Below, piece after piece: positions 38,083 to 46,065 of a stretch of 60,988 nucleotides of DNA (its first letter is position 1; each line of letters begins with the position of its first letter). The position numbers and the translations under genes were made by a program. The DNA comes from an uncultured Clostridia bacterium. GTDB lineage: Bacteria > Bacillota > Clostridia > TANB77 > CAG-508. The notes beneath the pieces were generated by a model. That model saw only the letters and a program-made list of their open reading frames with translations, did no database searches and was not told the DNA's origin. Location of the stretch: positions 1 to 60,988 of the forward strand of contig CANQZP010000002.1 in assembly GCA_947628395.1 (NCBI GenBank), read 5' to 3'.

Positions 38083-38111
38083 ATTTTATATTTAAAAGCG
38101 CATTTTGTCAA
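38083..38111 (-). promoter_or_regulatory. sigma-A-type promoter of the glycopolymer locus
   Basis: Minus strand reads TTGACA, a 17-nt spacer (aaatgcgcttttaaata), then TAAAAT, about 35 nt upstream of the TTG start at 38048. Confidence 0.6.
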
Positions 38112-38138
38112 TAACTATAAGACTTAAGTTTAATTTTT

Positions 38139-38312
38139 CTACAACTTTTTCTTTATCATTTTTAAAGCCTTTGGTCTTTCAAGCATTATAACATGTCCAC
38201 ACCCGCAACATTTGAGCTTAAAATCAACTCCTACTCTAGTAATTTCCCATTTATTACTCCCACATGGATGATTCTTCTTTGTAATTACAACATCTCCAAT
38301 ATTATATTCCAT
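38139..38312 (-). CDS. DUF951 family small protein (absent from the ORF track)
   Basis: Hand translation: MEYNIGDVVITKKNHPCGSNKWEITRVGVDFKLKCCGCGHVIMLERPKALKMIKKKL (57 aa). The HPCGS...W...R.G.D...KC..C pattern matches the DUF951/YyzM family as I recall it. Confidence 0.65.
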   Translation of the reverse strand: MEYNIGDVVITKKNHPCGSNKWEITRVGVDFKLKCCGCGHVIMLERPKALKMIKKKL

Positions 38313-38315
38313 AAA

Positions 38316-39065
38316 CTATTTTACCTTTTCTTCTTTTTTCTTACAAATACTACTTATTTTCAAAAGTAATTCTTCAGTCATCTCTATATCTCTATCTTTA
38401 AACATTTTAACAATTTTTTCATTACTTACATTATTATCTTTTAAATTCATCGTAGTATAATATACTTTGTCACAAAATTTAATATCCTTTTCTACATCTT
38501 CTTCTGATTCTTCTAGAATCCTAGAAATATCTGGAACAGTAAAATTTTGTTTTTTATAAAGTTCATAGGCATTAAATTTCTTTTGCAAACTTAATTTACT
38601 TATCTTAAATCTAATCTTTTCATTCATTATTTTAGCATAACTTTTTATAACAGAGTATGCTTCTGAAGAACCAGTTAATTTATATTTTCGAGAAATATTA
38701 AATGCACTATCACCATTTTGATAATCAATAAGCATATTTTTTAAATCACTATCAGTAAGTTTATGTTTCTTTTTTAAATTTATTAATCTTCCTTCTTTTT
38801 TTAGTTCATCATTCTCATTATTCTCATTTACTTTAACCCTTTTTCTTGTTTCATCACAAGTTATATATCTATAACGATTTATGATTGTATACACTTCTGC
38901 AGAACTTTTTAATTTGTATTTTTTTGAAATCTCAAAAGCAGATAAGTCGGGTTTTTGGTAATCATTAATAATTTTTTCTAAGTCAGGCATTTCAATGTTA
39001 TGTTTTTCACATAAATTTCTTAATCTTGCCTCTTTTTCATCTATTTTACTCATACTTAATCTCAA
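38316..39065 (-). CDS. hypothetical protein with internal duplication (HTH-like modules)
   Basis: 249 aa. Two similar modules: RLRNLCEKHNIEMPDLEKIINDYQKPDLSAFEISKKYKLKSSAEVYTIINRY and RLINLKKKHKLTDSDLKNMLIDYQNGDSAFNISRKYKLTGSSEAYSVIKSY. No known family recognised. Confidence 0.5.
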   Translation of the reverse strand: MRLSMSKIDEKEARLRNLCEKHNIEMPDLEKIINDYQKPDLSAFEISKKYKLKSSAEVYTIINRYRYITCDETRKRVKVNENNENDELKKEGRLINLKKKHKLTDSDLKNMLIDYQNGDSAFNISRKYKLTGSSEAYSVIKSYAKIMNEKIRFKISKLSLQKKFNAYELYKKQNFTVPDISRILEESEEDVEKDIKFCDKVYYTTMNLKDNNVSNEKIVKMFKDRDIEMTEELLLKISSICKKKEEKVK

Positions 39066-39098
39066 TCCTTCCTAAGTAGCAATTCATTATAAATATTT

Positions 39099-40745
39099 TT
39101 AATCATTGTTTAATCTCTTAATAACATTATCCTTACCTAATACTTGAATTATCTCATATAAATCTGGTGTATTTGCTCTTCCAGTTAATACAACTCTTAT
39201 AACTGTACTAATATCTCCAACATGACCTTTAAAATTCTCAGGATTTGCTTTATATTCTTTTACTTCTCTAGCATATCCCAATTTTTCAGCTAAATCTTTC
39301 ATTCTATCAAACCAAGTTTGTTTATCATCATTTATATCAAAAAAGTTATCTCTATATTCATTAACAATTTTCTTTATTTCTTCTTTATCTGTTATCTTTT
39401 GGAATTCATAATCTGTCTTTGATTCATAAAATTTATTATCATACATATAAATAATAGAATCTTTTACATCTGACCATTTTGCAATATCTTTTCTAGGTTT
39501 TATATTACCTCTTTCAATTCCAAATATTTTTAAAGCATACTCTTTATCATTTGAAATTAAATCAAATAATTCTTTATCATATTCTTTTGACCAATTATAA
39601 ACATAATCATAAATTTCTTCAGCAGTAAATTTTGATATAACAGTTTTAGAAACGTCAAGTAATTTTACCATATCAAACAAAGCACCACTGACACCCATTT
39701 TATTAAGTTCTAATTTAAATTCTGAAACATCTTTATCTTTATTTGCCCTTCTCCAACTTTCAAAGTTAGAATTTGCAATATTCATTAAATATTCATATAC
39801 AGCTTCTTTTGGAATTCCTTCTTCTTTATAGAAACTAACAGCAGCTTCTGGATCTTTTCTTTTACTTAATTTTCTTTTAGCTCCATTTTCTTCTTTCATA
39901 ATAGGTGCTATATGAGCATATTTTGGTGGTTTAACTCCTAATACGTAAAATAACTGTAAATGAAGTGGAACTGAAGCCACCCACTCATCACCACGAATTA
40001 CTAGAGTAGTTCCCATAAGATGGTCATCAATAGCATGAGCAAAATGATATGTAGGAAGTCCATCTGATTTTATAATAACTATATCTTGATCATTTTCAGG
40101 AAACTCTATACTTCCTTTTATACTATCCTTATGTTTTATTTTTTTCTCTTCATTACCTGGTGATTTTAATCTTATAATATATTCTTCACCATTCTTTATT
40201 TTTTCTGCTGCCATATCAATAGGCATATTTCTACATTTTGTCCACTTTCCATAATAACCTGTTCTTTGTTTTGCTTTTTCTTGATTTTCTCTTATTTCAT
40301 TTAAATCTTCAGTCGTACAAAAACAAGGATATGCCTTTCCTTCTGAAATCAAATATTTTGCATAACTTTGATAAATATCTTTTCTTTTACTTTGGATATA
40401 TGGACCATAATCACCTATATCATTTCCATTTTCATCTATAGTTTCATCTGGAGATAGCCCATAATCTTCTAAGGAATTTAATATTTCAGATACACCATTT
40501 TCTATTTCTCTTTTTTGATCAGTATCTTCTATTCTTACAAAAAAAACTCCTTCAGTCTGATTAGCTATTTTCTTTGCAATCAAGGCTTGATATAAGCCAC
40601 CTATATGCATTACTCCAGTAGGACTTGGAGCATATCTTGTAACTACTGCTCCTTCTTTTAGATTTCTTTTTGGATATTTTTCTTCATAATATGAAATATC
40701 TTTTGCATCTGGAAATATTAAATCTGCTAATTCTTTATTATTCAT
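39099..40745 (-). CDS. gltX: glutamate--tRNA ligase (long form)
   Basis: 548 aa. Class I motifs PSPTGVMHIGG (HIGH) and KLSKRK (KMSKS). The APSPTG context is GltX-like rather than GlnS-like. Confidence 0.8.
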   Translation of the reverse strand: MNNKELADLIFPDAKDISYYEEKYPKRNLKEGAVVTRYAPSPTGVMHIGGLYQALIAKKIANQTEGVFFVRIEDTDQKREIENGVSEILNSLEDYGLSPDETIDENGNDIGDYGPYIQSKRKDIYQSYAKYLISEGKAYPCFCTTEDLNEIRENQEKAKQRTGYYGKWTKCRNMPIDMAAEKIKNGEEYIIRLKSPGNEEKKIKHKDSIKGSIEFPENDQDIVIIKSDGLPTYHFAHAIDDHLMGTTLVIRGDEWVASVPLHLQLFYVLGVKPPKYAHIAPIMKEENGAKRKLSKRKDPEAAVSFYKEEGIPKEAVYEYLMNIANSNFESWRRANKDKDVSEFKLELNKMGVSGALFDMVKLLDVSKTVISKFTAEEIYDYVYNWSKEYDKELFDLISNDKEYALKIFGIERGNIKPRKDIAKWSDVKDSIIYMYDNKFYESKTDYEFQKITDKEEIKKIVNEYRDNFFDINDDKQTWFDRMKDLAEKLGYAREVKEYKANPENFKGHVGDISTVIRVVLTGRANTPDLYEIIQVLGKDNVIKRLNND

Positions 40746-40835
40746 TTTTTATTTTATTCCTTTCAAATTTATTTTTGCATATTATATCAGATTATTTATA
40801 CATTTACAATATTTAATTTGTTTATACCCAAGGTA

Positions 40836-40864
40836 TTGCAAATTATGTAAATTCATGGTAAAAT
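40836..40864 (+). promoter_or_regulatory. sigma-A-type promoter with extended -10
   Basis: TTGCAA, 17-nt spacer, TAAAAT, with TGg immediately upstream of the -10. Lies about 50 nt before the ATG at 40913, whose RBS is AGGAGG. Confidence 0.55.
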
Positions 40865-40912
40865 TATTTTTATAACTAAATATATATAGGTTTAATTTAG
40901 GAGGTTATTTTA

Positions 40913-41251
40913 ATGCTAAAAAAACTTAACGTAGATTTAACTTTACGGAATGATTTTCCAAACTACTGGAAACTTCAGGAACTATTGAAATCAGATACTA
41001 CTCTTTGCCATAAAATAGCTAGTTGCAGAGGTTGTATCAGCAACAAATGCTGTCCAACAAAAGAGAATAACTTGAAAATCAAAATAAGCCTTATTGCTGA
41101 AGATCTCGGCTACATTTTAGTAGACGAACCAGATGATCCTCTTGTTGATATCTATATCAAAGATATCTTCGAAAATTTGAAGGATCATTCTTCTCTCGAA
41201 AATACTATTTTTGATTTCTTTTATGACTTATTAATATCGGACAGTGAATAA
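40913..41251 (+). CDS. hypothetical Cys-rich small protein
   Basis: 112 aa with a strong RBS (taggaggt). Cys cluster CHKIASCRGCISNKCC. Followed by a strong terminator. Composition is less AT-rich than the neighbouring genes. Confidence 0.6.
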   Translation: MLKKLNVDLTLRNDFPNYWKLQELLKSDTTLCHKIASCRGCISNKCCPTKENNLKIKISLIAEDLGYILVDEPDDPLVDIYIKDIFENLKDHSSLENTIFDFFYDLLISDSE

Positions 41252-41256
41252 CCTAT

Positions 41257-41284
41257 AAAAGGGTGCCATCTTAGGCACCCTTTA
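41257..41284 (+). terminator. bidirectional rho-independent terminator
   Basis: aaaaGGGTGCCatcttaGGCACCCttt; the A-run and T-run flanks allow function on both strands (40913 gene on plus, recO on minus). Confidence 0.8.
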
Positions 41285-41311
41285 AAAAATAATTCCAATA
41301 ATCATTCTACT

Positions 41312-42046
41312 TTAAATTATTTTTTCTAACTTATATTCTTTTTCTAGTTTTTCATTAAAATATATATCAGACACAAGTTTTAATTCTTTAAGTGCATTTT
41401 CTTTTAAATTAAAAGAAAAAATTTTTTTCGAATCAGCCATACAAGAATAAATAATTGCATATCTGCTACCTTCTGATATTTCTAGCGAGCTCTTATCTTG
41501 TTTCGAACAATTTTCACACTCAAAACCATTATTTTTTATACTAAAATGATTTAAAAGATTTATCTCTTTTTCTTTGCAATTTACACATTCAGAAATATTA
41601 GGAGCAAAACCTAATATTTTTAAAAGTCTCATTTTAAATACTGCTAATATAAAATCTAAATTTTTGTCTGTTTCTGAAATTGCATATAATGTATTTAAAA
41701 ATAACTTTAATATATTATAATTATTTTGATTCTCAGTAGTAACATCACTTATTATTTTAGTAATATGAGCAGCATAATTTAACTTATCTAAATCAGTTCT
41801 TATATTATAAAACACTTCAATTGGTTCACATGAATTAATACTATAAATATCACCTGTTTTATACAATATGTACTCTCCAAAACATAGTAACTGTGTTCCC
41901 GCCATAAGTAAGCTTTTCGGTCTTTTAGCGCCTTTACCTATACAACTAATCTTTCCTAAATTTGGTGTAAGTAATGTAAGTATTTTATCTTGATCACCTA
42001 AATTATTTTCTGCTATTATTATTCCATTTATTTTTATTGTTTTCAT
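41312..42046 (-). CDS. recO: DNA repair protein RecO
   Basis: 244 aa. OB-fold N-terminus, C-terminal Cys motif CVNC...CENC, and the conserved position after era-yqzL. Confidence 0.85.
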   Translation of the reverse strand: MKTIKINGIIIAENNLGDQDKILTLLTPNLGKISCIGKGAKRPKSLLMAGTQLLCFGEYILYKTGDIYSINSCEPIEVFYNIRTDLDKLNYAAHITKIISDVTTENQNNYNILKLFLNTLYAISETDKNLDFILAVFKMRLLKILGFAPNISECVNCKEKEINLLNHFSIKNNGFECENCSKQDKSSLEISEGSRYAIIYSCMADSKKIFSFNLKENALKELKLVSDIYFNEKLEKEYKLEKII

Positions 42047-42082
42047 AATTTTTACCTACATATATATATGAATATTGGGCGA

Positions 42083-42193
42083 TTAAAAATCGCCCCTGTA
42101 TTTTTTTTCTAATTCTTCTATTGATTTAAGTTCTAAAAAAACATCTATATTTCCTGTATTTTTAAAAGTTTGCCATGCTATTTCTTTAATCAT
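42083..42193 (-). CDS. yqzL: YqzL family small protein (absent from the ORF track)
   Basis: Hand translation: MIKEIAWQTFKNTGNIDVFLELKSIEELEKKYRGDF (36 aa). RBS GGAAAGGGTG. The W..F..TGN.D.(Y/F)L motif and the era-yqzL-recO position match B. subtilis yqzL. The hairpin GGGCGATtaaaaATCGCCC overlaps the stop codon. Confidence 0.7.
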   Translation of the reverse strand: MIKEIAWQTFKNTGNIDVFLELKSIEELEKKYRGDF

Positions 42194-42246
42194 AATCAAT
42201 CACCCTTTCCAGAATAAATTCTGAATTTATCTTTTGTATTTTTTTA

Positions 42247-43149
42247 CTATTTATACTGGAATTTTTTTAGAATATTTGTATTTTCGTTCCAATCTTCTTT
42301 AACTTTTACCCAAATTTTCAAATTTACTTTTGTATTTAACATTTTTTCAAGTTCTATTCTACTACTGCTTCCAATTCTCTTAAGCATACTTCCTTCTTTA
42401 CCAATAATTATTCCCTTATGAGATTTTTTTATACAATATATACAAGCCTCTATATCATATATTTCCTGCTTTTTACTATTTTTCCTTAAATTAAATTTTT
42501 CTACTTCAATATATAATCCATGTGGTACTTCCTCATTTAATAATCTTAAAGCTTTTTCCCTAATTATCTCTTCTGCAATTTGTCTCATAGTTTGATCTGT
42601 ATATTCATCATCTTCATAATATTTTGGTCCTGGCTTTAATAATTTTTCTATCTCATCTAATACAACTTCAGAATATTTTTCATCTGTTGCACTAATTGGT
42701 ATTACTGCTTCAAAATCATATTCATCTTTATATTTTTCTATAAGTTCTAATAAACTTTCTTTTTTGACTAAATCTATTTTATTTATAATTAATATAGTTT
42801 TTTTCTTAGCTTCTTTTATCTTTTCTAATAAAAGCTTGTCTCCTTTACCAACATCTTTTGATGTAGCTTCTATCAAAAATAAAATAACATCTACATCTTT
42901 CAGACTTGAAAAAGCAGTTTCTACCATAGTTTCACTAAGCTTAGTCTTTGGTTTGTGAATTCCTGGTGTATCTATAAAAATTATTTGTGAGTTTTCTCTA
43001 TTAGCAATAGCCTTAATCGCCATTCTAGTCGTTTGTGGCTTATTCGCTGTAATTGAAACTTTTTCTTTTATTATATTATTTAATAATGTTGACTTTCCTA
43101 CATTTGTTCTACCAATTACTGAAACAAATCCTGATTTAAACTCTTGCAT
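42247..43149 (-). CDS. era: GTPase Era
   Basis: 300 aa. G1 GRTNVGKST, G3 DTPG, G4 NKID, and a C-terminal KH domain (IIIGKEGSMLKRIG). Confidence 0.95.
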   Translation of the reverse strand: MQEFKSGFVSVIGRTNVGKSTLLNNIIKEKVSITANKPQTTRMAIKAIANRENSQIIFIDTPGIHKPKTKLSETMVETAFSSLKDVDVILFLIEATSKDVGKGDKLLLEKIKEAKKKTILIINKIDLVKKESLLELIEKYKDEYDFEAVIPISATDEKYSEVVLDEIEKLLKPGPKYYEDDEYTDQTMRQIAEEIIREKALRLLNEEVPHGLYIEVEKFNLRKNSKKQEIYDIEACIYCIKKSHKGIIIGKEGSMLKRIGSSSRIELEKMLNTKVNLKIWVKVKEDWNENTNILKKFQYK

Positions 43150-43161
43150 ATATTCCCTCTT

Positions 43162-44247
43162 TTACTCAAAAGTTACCTTTGCATTTAATGGACAAATCTC
43201 TACATAAGTATTTCCATCATTTACATTTATCTCATTTCCAGCTTCATCTTTGTACACAGTTTGTGCACTTCTTGAAGTTTTTTCACAAGTAATTTTAATA
43301 GCTTTTCCATTAGTAATATAATATCCATCTAAAGTTTTAATGTTGTACAAACCTTGTCTTCCCTTATTTTCAGAATCATTTAAAGTATAATTTTGAGCAA
43401 ATTCTACAATTATATTTTTAGTAGTAAGAGGTTCATCTGTATTTCCGTCTTTTTGTAAAACTCCTCTTGCATATCTTGTATAACGTGCTGTATCTGCATT
43501 ATACTCAAATTTTACAGTTTGTAAGCTTGAAAAAGGAATATTTACAGTATTTGCAACAGTTGCAGTTTCTCCTAAATCGACTTCATCTACAACATAATTT
43601 AATACACTTTTCTTTGTAGAAACTGTAGAATAACCTTTCTCGTTAGCAACTTGAAGTAATCCTTTTGTACTTGTTAAACAGTTATGAGGAGCAGCTTTGC
43701 TCGAACTTCTCCAATATATTGATGTATCTGTTCTAGCCCTTCCTGTATCATAATATAACCCATTTATATTTTCTACTTTCAATGATGTAATATCCCTTTG
43801 AGCTTGTGGACTCCAACCTATATGAGCATATATTGCATCATTTTCTAAAGCATAGTCTAGGAAATAATGTCTTGCACTTCTAGTAGGTCCAATTACGTCT
43901 ACATCTTTTCCTTTAAATATTGGCATTAACCTTGTTTCTGAACCTTCTACGATAATTTCATATACCATATAAGCTTCATTTAATCCATATTGTGCCCAAG
44001 CATCTTTGTGATTATCAATCATTACCGCAATTGGTCTATCATCACCTGAAAATATTTGAACCTTTTTTTCTTCAGGCTGGGCTACCTCTTGTCCATTATT
44101 CATAGCCACAGCAGGTCTAGCTTTACCTTCTTTATTAGCATTATATATTCTATAACCTAAAAATCCTCCCGCTCCCATAATAATTATCAATAATATAATT
44201 AAAAATACTATTGAAGCTTTACTACTTTTTTCTTTTTTCTTTGACAT
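43162..44247 (-). CDS. DUF3048 (YerB-like) membrane-anchored protein
   Basis: 361 aa. N-terminal TM anchor, then RPIAVMIDNHKDAWAQYGLNEAYMVYEIIVEGSETRLMPIF, typical of DUF3048. Confidence 0.75.
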   Translation of the reverse strand: MSKKKEKSSKASIVFLIILLIIIMGAGGFLGYRIYNANKEGKARPAVAMNNGQEVAQPEEKKVQIFSGDDRPIAVMIDNHKDAWAQYGLNEAYMVYEIIVEGSETRLMPIFKGKDVDVIGPTRSARHYFLDYALENDAIYAHIGWSPQAQRDITSLKVENINGLYYDTGRARTDTSIYWRSSSKAAPHNCLTSTKGLLQVANEKGYSTVSTKKSVLNYVVDEVDLGETATVANTVNIPFSSLQTVKFEYNADTARYTRYARGVLQKDGNTDEPLTTKNIIVEFAQNYTLNDSENKGRQGLYNIKTLDGYYITNGKAIKITCEKTSRSAQTVYKDEAGNEINVNDGNTYVEICPLNAKVTFE

Positions 44248-44268
44248 ATTAAATCATCCTTTCTTTTG

Positions 44269-44736
44269 TTATCTTAAAATATTTAGTTTTCCTAAAATAT
44301 TTTCTTCTTTTAATCTCATTTCTTTTCTTTCTTCTTGCTCAATGTGATCATAACCCATTAAATGATAAAATCCATGTACTACCATATAAGATAATTCTCT
44401 TTCAAAAGAATGCTCATATTCTTTTGCTTGCTCTTTTACTTTATCGATTGAAATAACTATATCTCCCAAAGTTTCTCGTATTTCTTCTGGCTTATTATAT
44501 ATTTCATCTTTCTCAAACATAGGAAATGATAATACATCAGTTGCCTTGTTCACTTTTCTAAATTCATTATTCATTTTTTGAATTTGGTCAGGTGTAGTCA
44601 AAATTATACTTACATAATAATTTTTATCCTGTAAATTTTCTTCTACCATACACTCTTTTAAAACATTTTCTATTATATTATAATATTCACTATTTTCTTC
44701 TATATCTAAAAATTCTATTTCTAATATTTCTTTCAT
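44269..44736 (-). CDS. ybeY: rRNA maturation endoribonuclease YbeY
   Basis: Zinc motif HGFYHLMGYDH. Start moved to the ATG at 44736 (MKEILEIEF...) because the ORF-track N-terminal 47 aa are a read-through of intergenic repeat B. Confidence 0.88.
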   Translation of the reverse strand: MKEILEIEFLDIEENSEYYNIIENVLKECMVEENLQDKNYYVSIILTTPDQIQKMNNEFRKVNKATDVLSFPMFEKDEIYNKPEEIRETLGDIVISIDKVKEQAKEYEHSFERELSYMVVHGFYHLMGYDHIEQEERKEMRLKEENILGKLNILR

Positions 44737-44755
44737 ACTTACTACCAATTCCTCT

Positions 44756-44880
44756 GGTTGGAAAAGAATTAAATTTTGGCTAGGAAAATGAGTTTGAAAT
44801 TTATGAGGCGTACTTTCTGTACGGTGATTAAATTTCAAATGAAATTTGACAACGCCAAAATTGTAATTATTTTTCAACCC
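44756..44880. repeat. MITE-like palindromic repeat, family B, copy 1
   Basis: About 125 nt with imperfect terminal inverted repeats (GGTTGGAAAAGAATTA ... TAATTATTTTTCAACC). Nested pairings ATTTTGGC/GCCAAAAT and TTTGAAATTTA/TAAATTTCAAA surround a GTAC-loop-GTAC core. A second copy at 58848-58971 has about 5 differences. Confidence 0.85.
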
Positions 44881-46049
44881 TATTTCCTTTTTATCAAATT
44901 ATTAGTTGTAGAACACGTATTCTTTAACACTCTCATAGCATTATAACTAACTAGTTTTTCTTTATAAAATTTTATAATATCTTTGTTTTTATTATCTAAT
45001 AACTTAATTTCTCTTTTTAAGAATAAAATCTCTTTTTGTCTTAAAGACTTTGCACTTTCATAACTATTCCAGAAATTTTTATAGTTTTCTCTTTCAGCAG
45101 GTTTTTCCCAATAAACTTTTGTAGAAAGCAATTTAATATTATATTCTTCAAACAATTCTATTAACATATCATAAGCTTGTAATTGTTTTTTGCTATTTTT
45201 TGAATTTACAATTAATTTTCTAGTATCTTGAATCAATTTTTCATAACATTGCTCTGCTGCAACTAGTGGAAGACTATGAGTAAATATTTTTCTGCTCATT
45301 CCTAAAAGAATCATATTTTTTTCTATCTTATCTTTTTCATCAAGTTTTCCAGCCTCAAATCTTTCATATTTATCATATTCATTTTTTATAGAATCAAAAA
45401 TCTCTTTCTTGCTTTCATCTTCTAATTTTATAGGTAGAATTTTTTGTACATATTCTTCAATAGTAGAAAAAATATTTTCATAAATTTTATCCTTTTTTGA
45501 ACTATTAGTTTTTAAACTATCTGCCAATTGAACAGAATAATTTTTAAGTATTCCTTTATAAAAACTATCCATTTTAGTTAAATAAAAATCTGTATATTTT
45601 TTTAAAATTTTCTCTTTTCCTGCAATTTTTAAAGAATCATAATCTAATTCTACTAAATATTTTTGTTTTCTAAATTTATATTCTATGTATTCATTCTCCT
45701 TCAAACTAGTAATCGTATAATAACTACTAATTGCATTTTTTTCAAAATCAGTAGCAATATTATTTTTTACTTTCTTATAGACACTATCCATTATATGTTT
45801 ATCAATAGCTTCTAAATATAGTGAATATGCCTCTTCATATTTTGATAATAAACTTTTCTTTTTCTCTTCATTACTCTCATTAAAGTTACTATAAACTTCA
45901 TAGTTTTTAAGTAAATTATTTCTCTTCATGTTAATTACTAATCCATTTATTCCTATTTTAGTTGGTATTAAAATTTTAGATAAAGTATTTGTTAATTTTC
46001 CAAAAAATGTTTTGTTCGTTTCGATAACTTTTAAACTTCTTTCTTCCAC
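44880..46049 (-). CDS. hypothetical protein
   Basis: 389 aa, K/E/N-rich, no motif recognised. Sits between yqfD and ybeY, where Bacillus has phoH and yqfF. Confidence 0.5.
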   Translation of the reverse strand: MEERSLKVIETNKTFFGKLTNTLSKILIPTKIGINGLVINMKRNNLLKNYEVYSNFNESNEEKKKSLLSKYEEAYSLYLEAIDKHIMDSVYKKVKNNIATDFEKNAISSYYTITSLKENEYIEYKFRKQKYLVELDYDSLKIAGKEKILKKYTDFYLTKMDSFYKGILKNYSVQLADSLKTNSSKKDKIYENIFSTIEEYVQKILPIKLEDESKKEIFDSIKNEYDKYERFEAGKLDEKDKIEKNMILLGMSRKIFTHSLPLVAAEQCYEKLIQDTRKLIVNSKNSKKQLQAYDMLIELFEEYNIKLLSTKVYWEKPAERENYKNFWNSYESAKSLRQKEILFLKREIKLLDNKNKDIIKFYKEKLVSYNAMRVLKNTCSTTNNLIKRK

Positions 46050-46065
46050 TTAATAAACACACTCC

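Noticed and set aside
38049-38111. 21-aa N-terminal extension (MTKCAFKYKITLVFLCLGVLF) of the first GT2 gene
   Set aside because: It overlaps a TTGACA-17-TAAAAT promoter and has no RBS, whereas the TTG at 38048 is preceded by AGGAGTG at proper spacing.
40746-40912. Possible T-box leader upstream of gltX
   Set aside because: The spacer is only 167 nt, is shared with a divergent promoter, and has no T-box sequence (AGGGTGGTACCGCG-like) or specifier/terminator architecture that I can see.
42077-42095. Hairpin GGGCGATtaaaaATCGCCC resembling the terminator at 49397-49419 (GGGCGA...TCGCCC); considered as a third repeat family
   Set aside because: Only the 7-bp stem is shared; the loops and flanks differ. 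This is most simply two independent GC-rich terminator stems.
44737-44877. 47-aa N-terminal extension of the ybeY ORF in the ORF track
   Set aside because: The extension is a read-through of intergenic repeat B, which is also present non-coding at 58848-58971. YbeY homology starts at the internal ATG at 44736.
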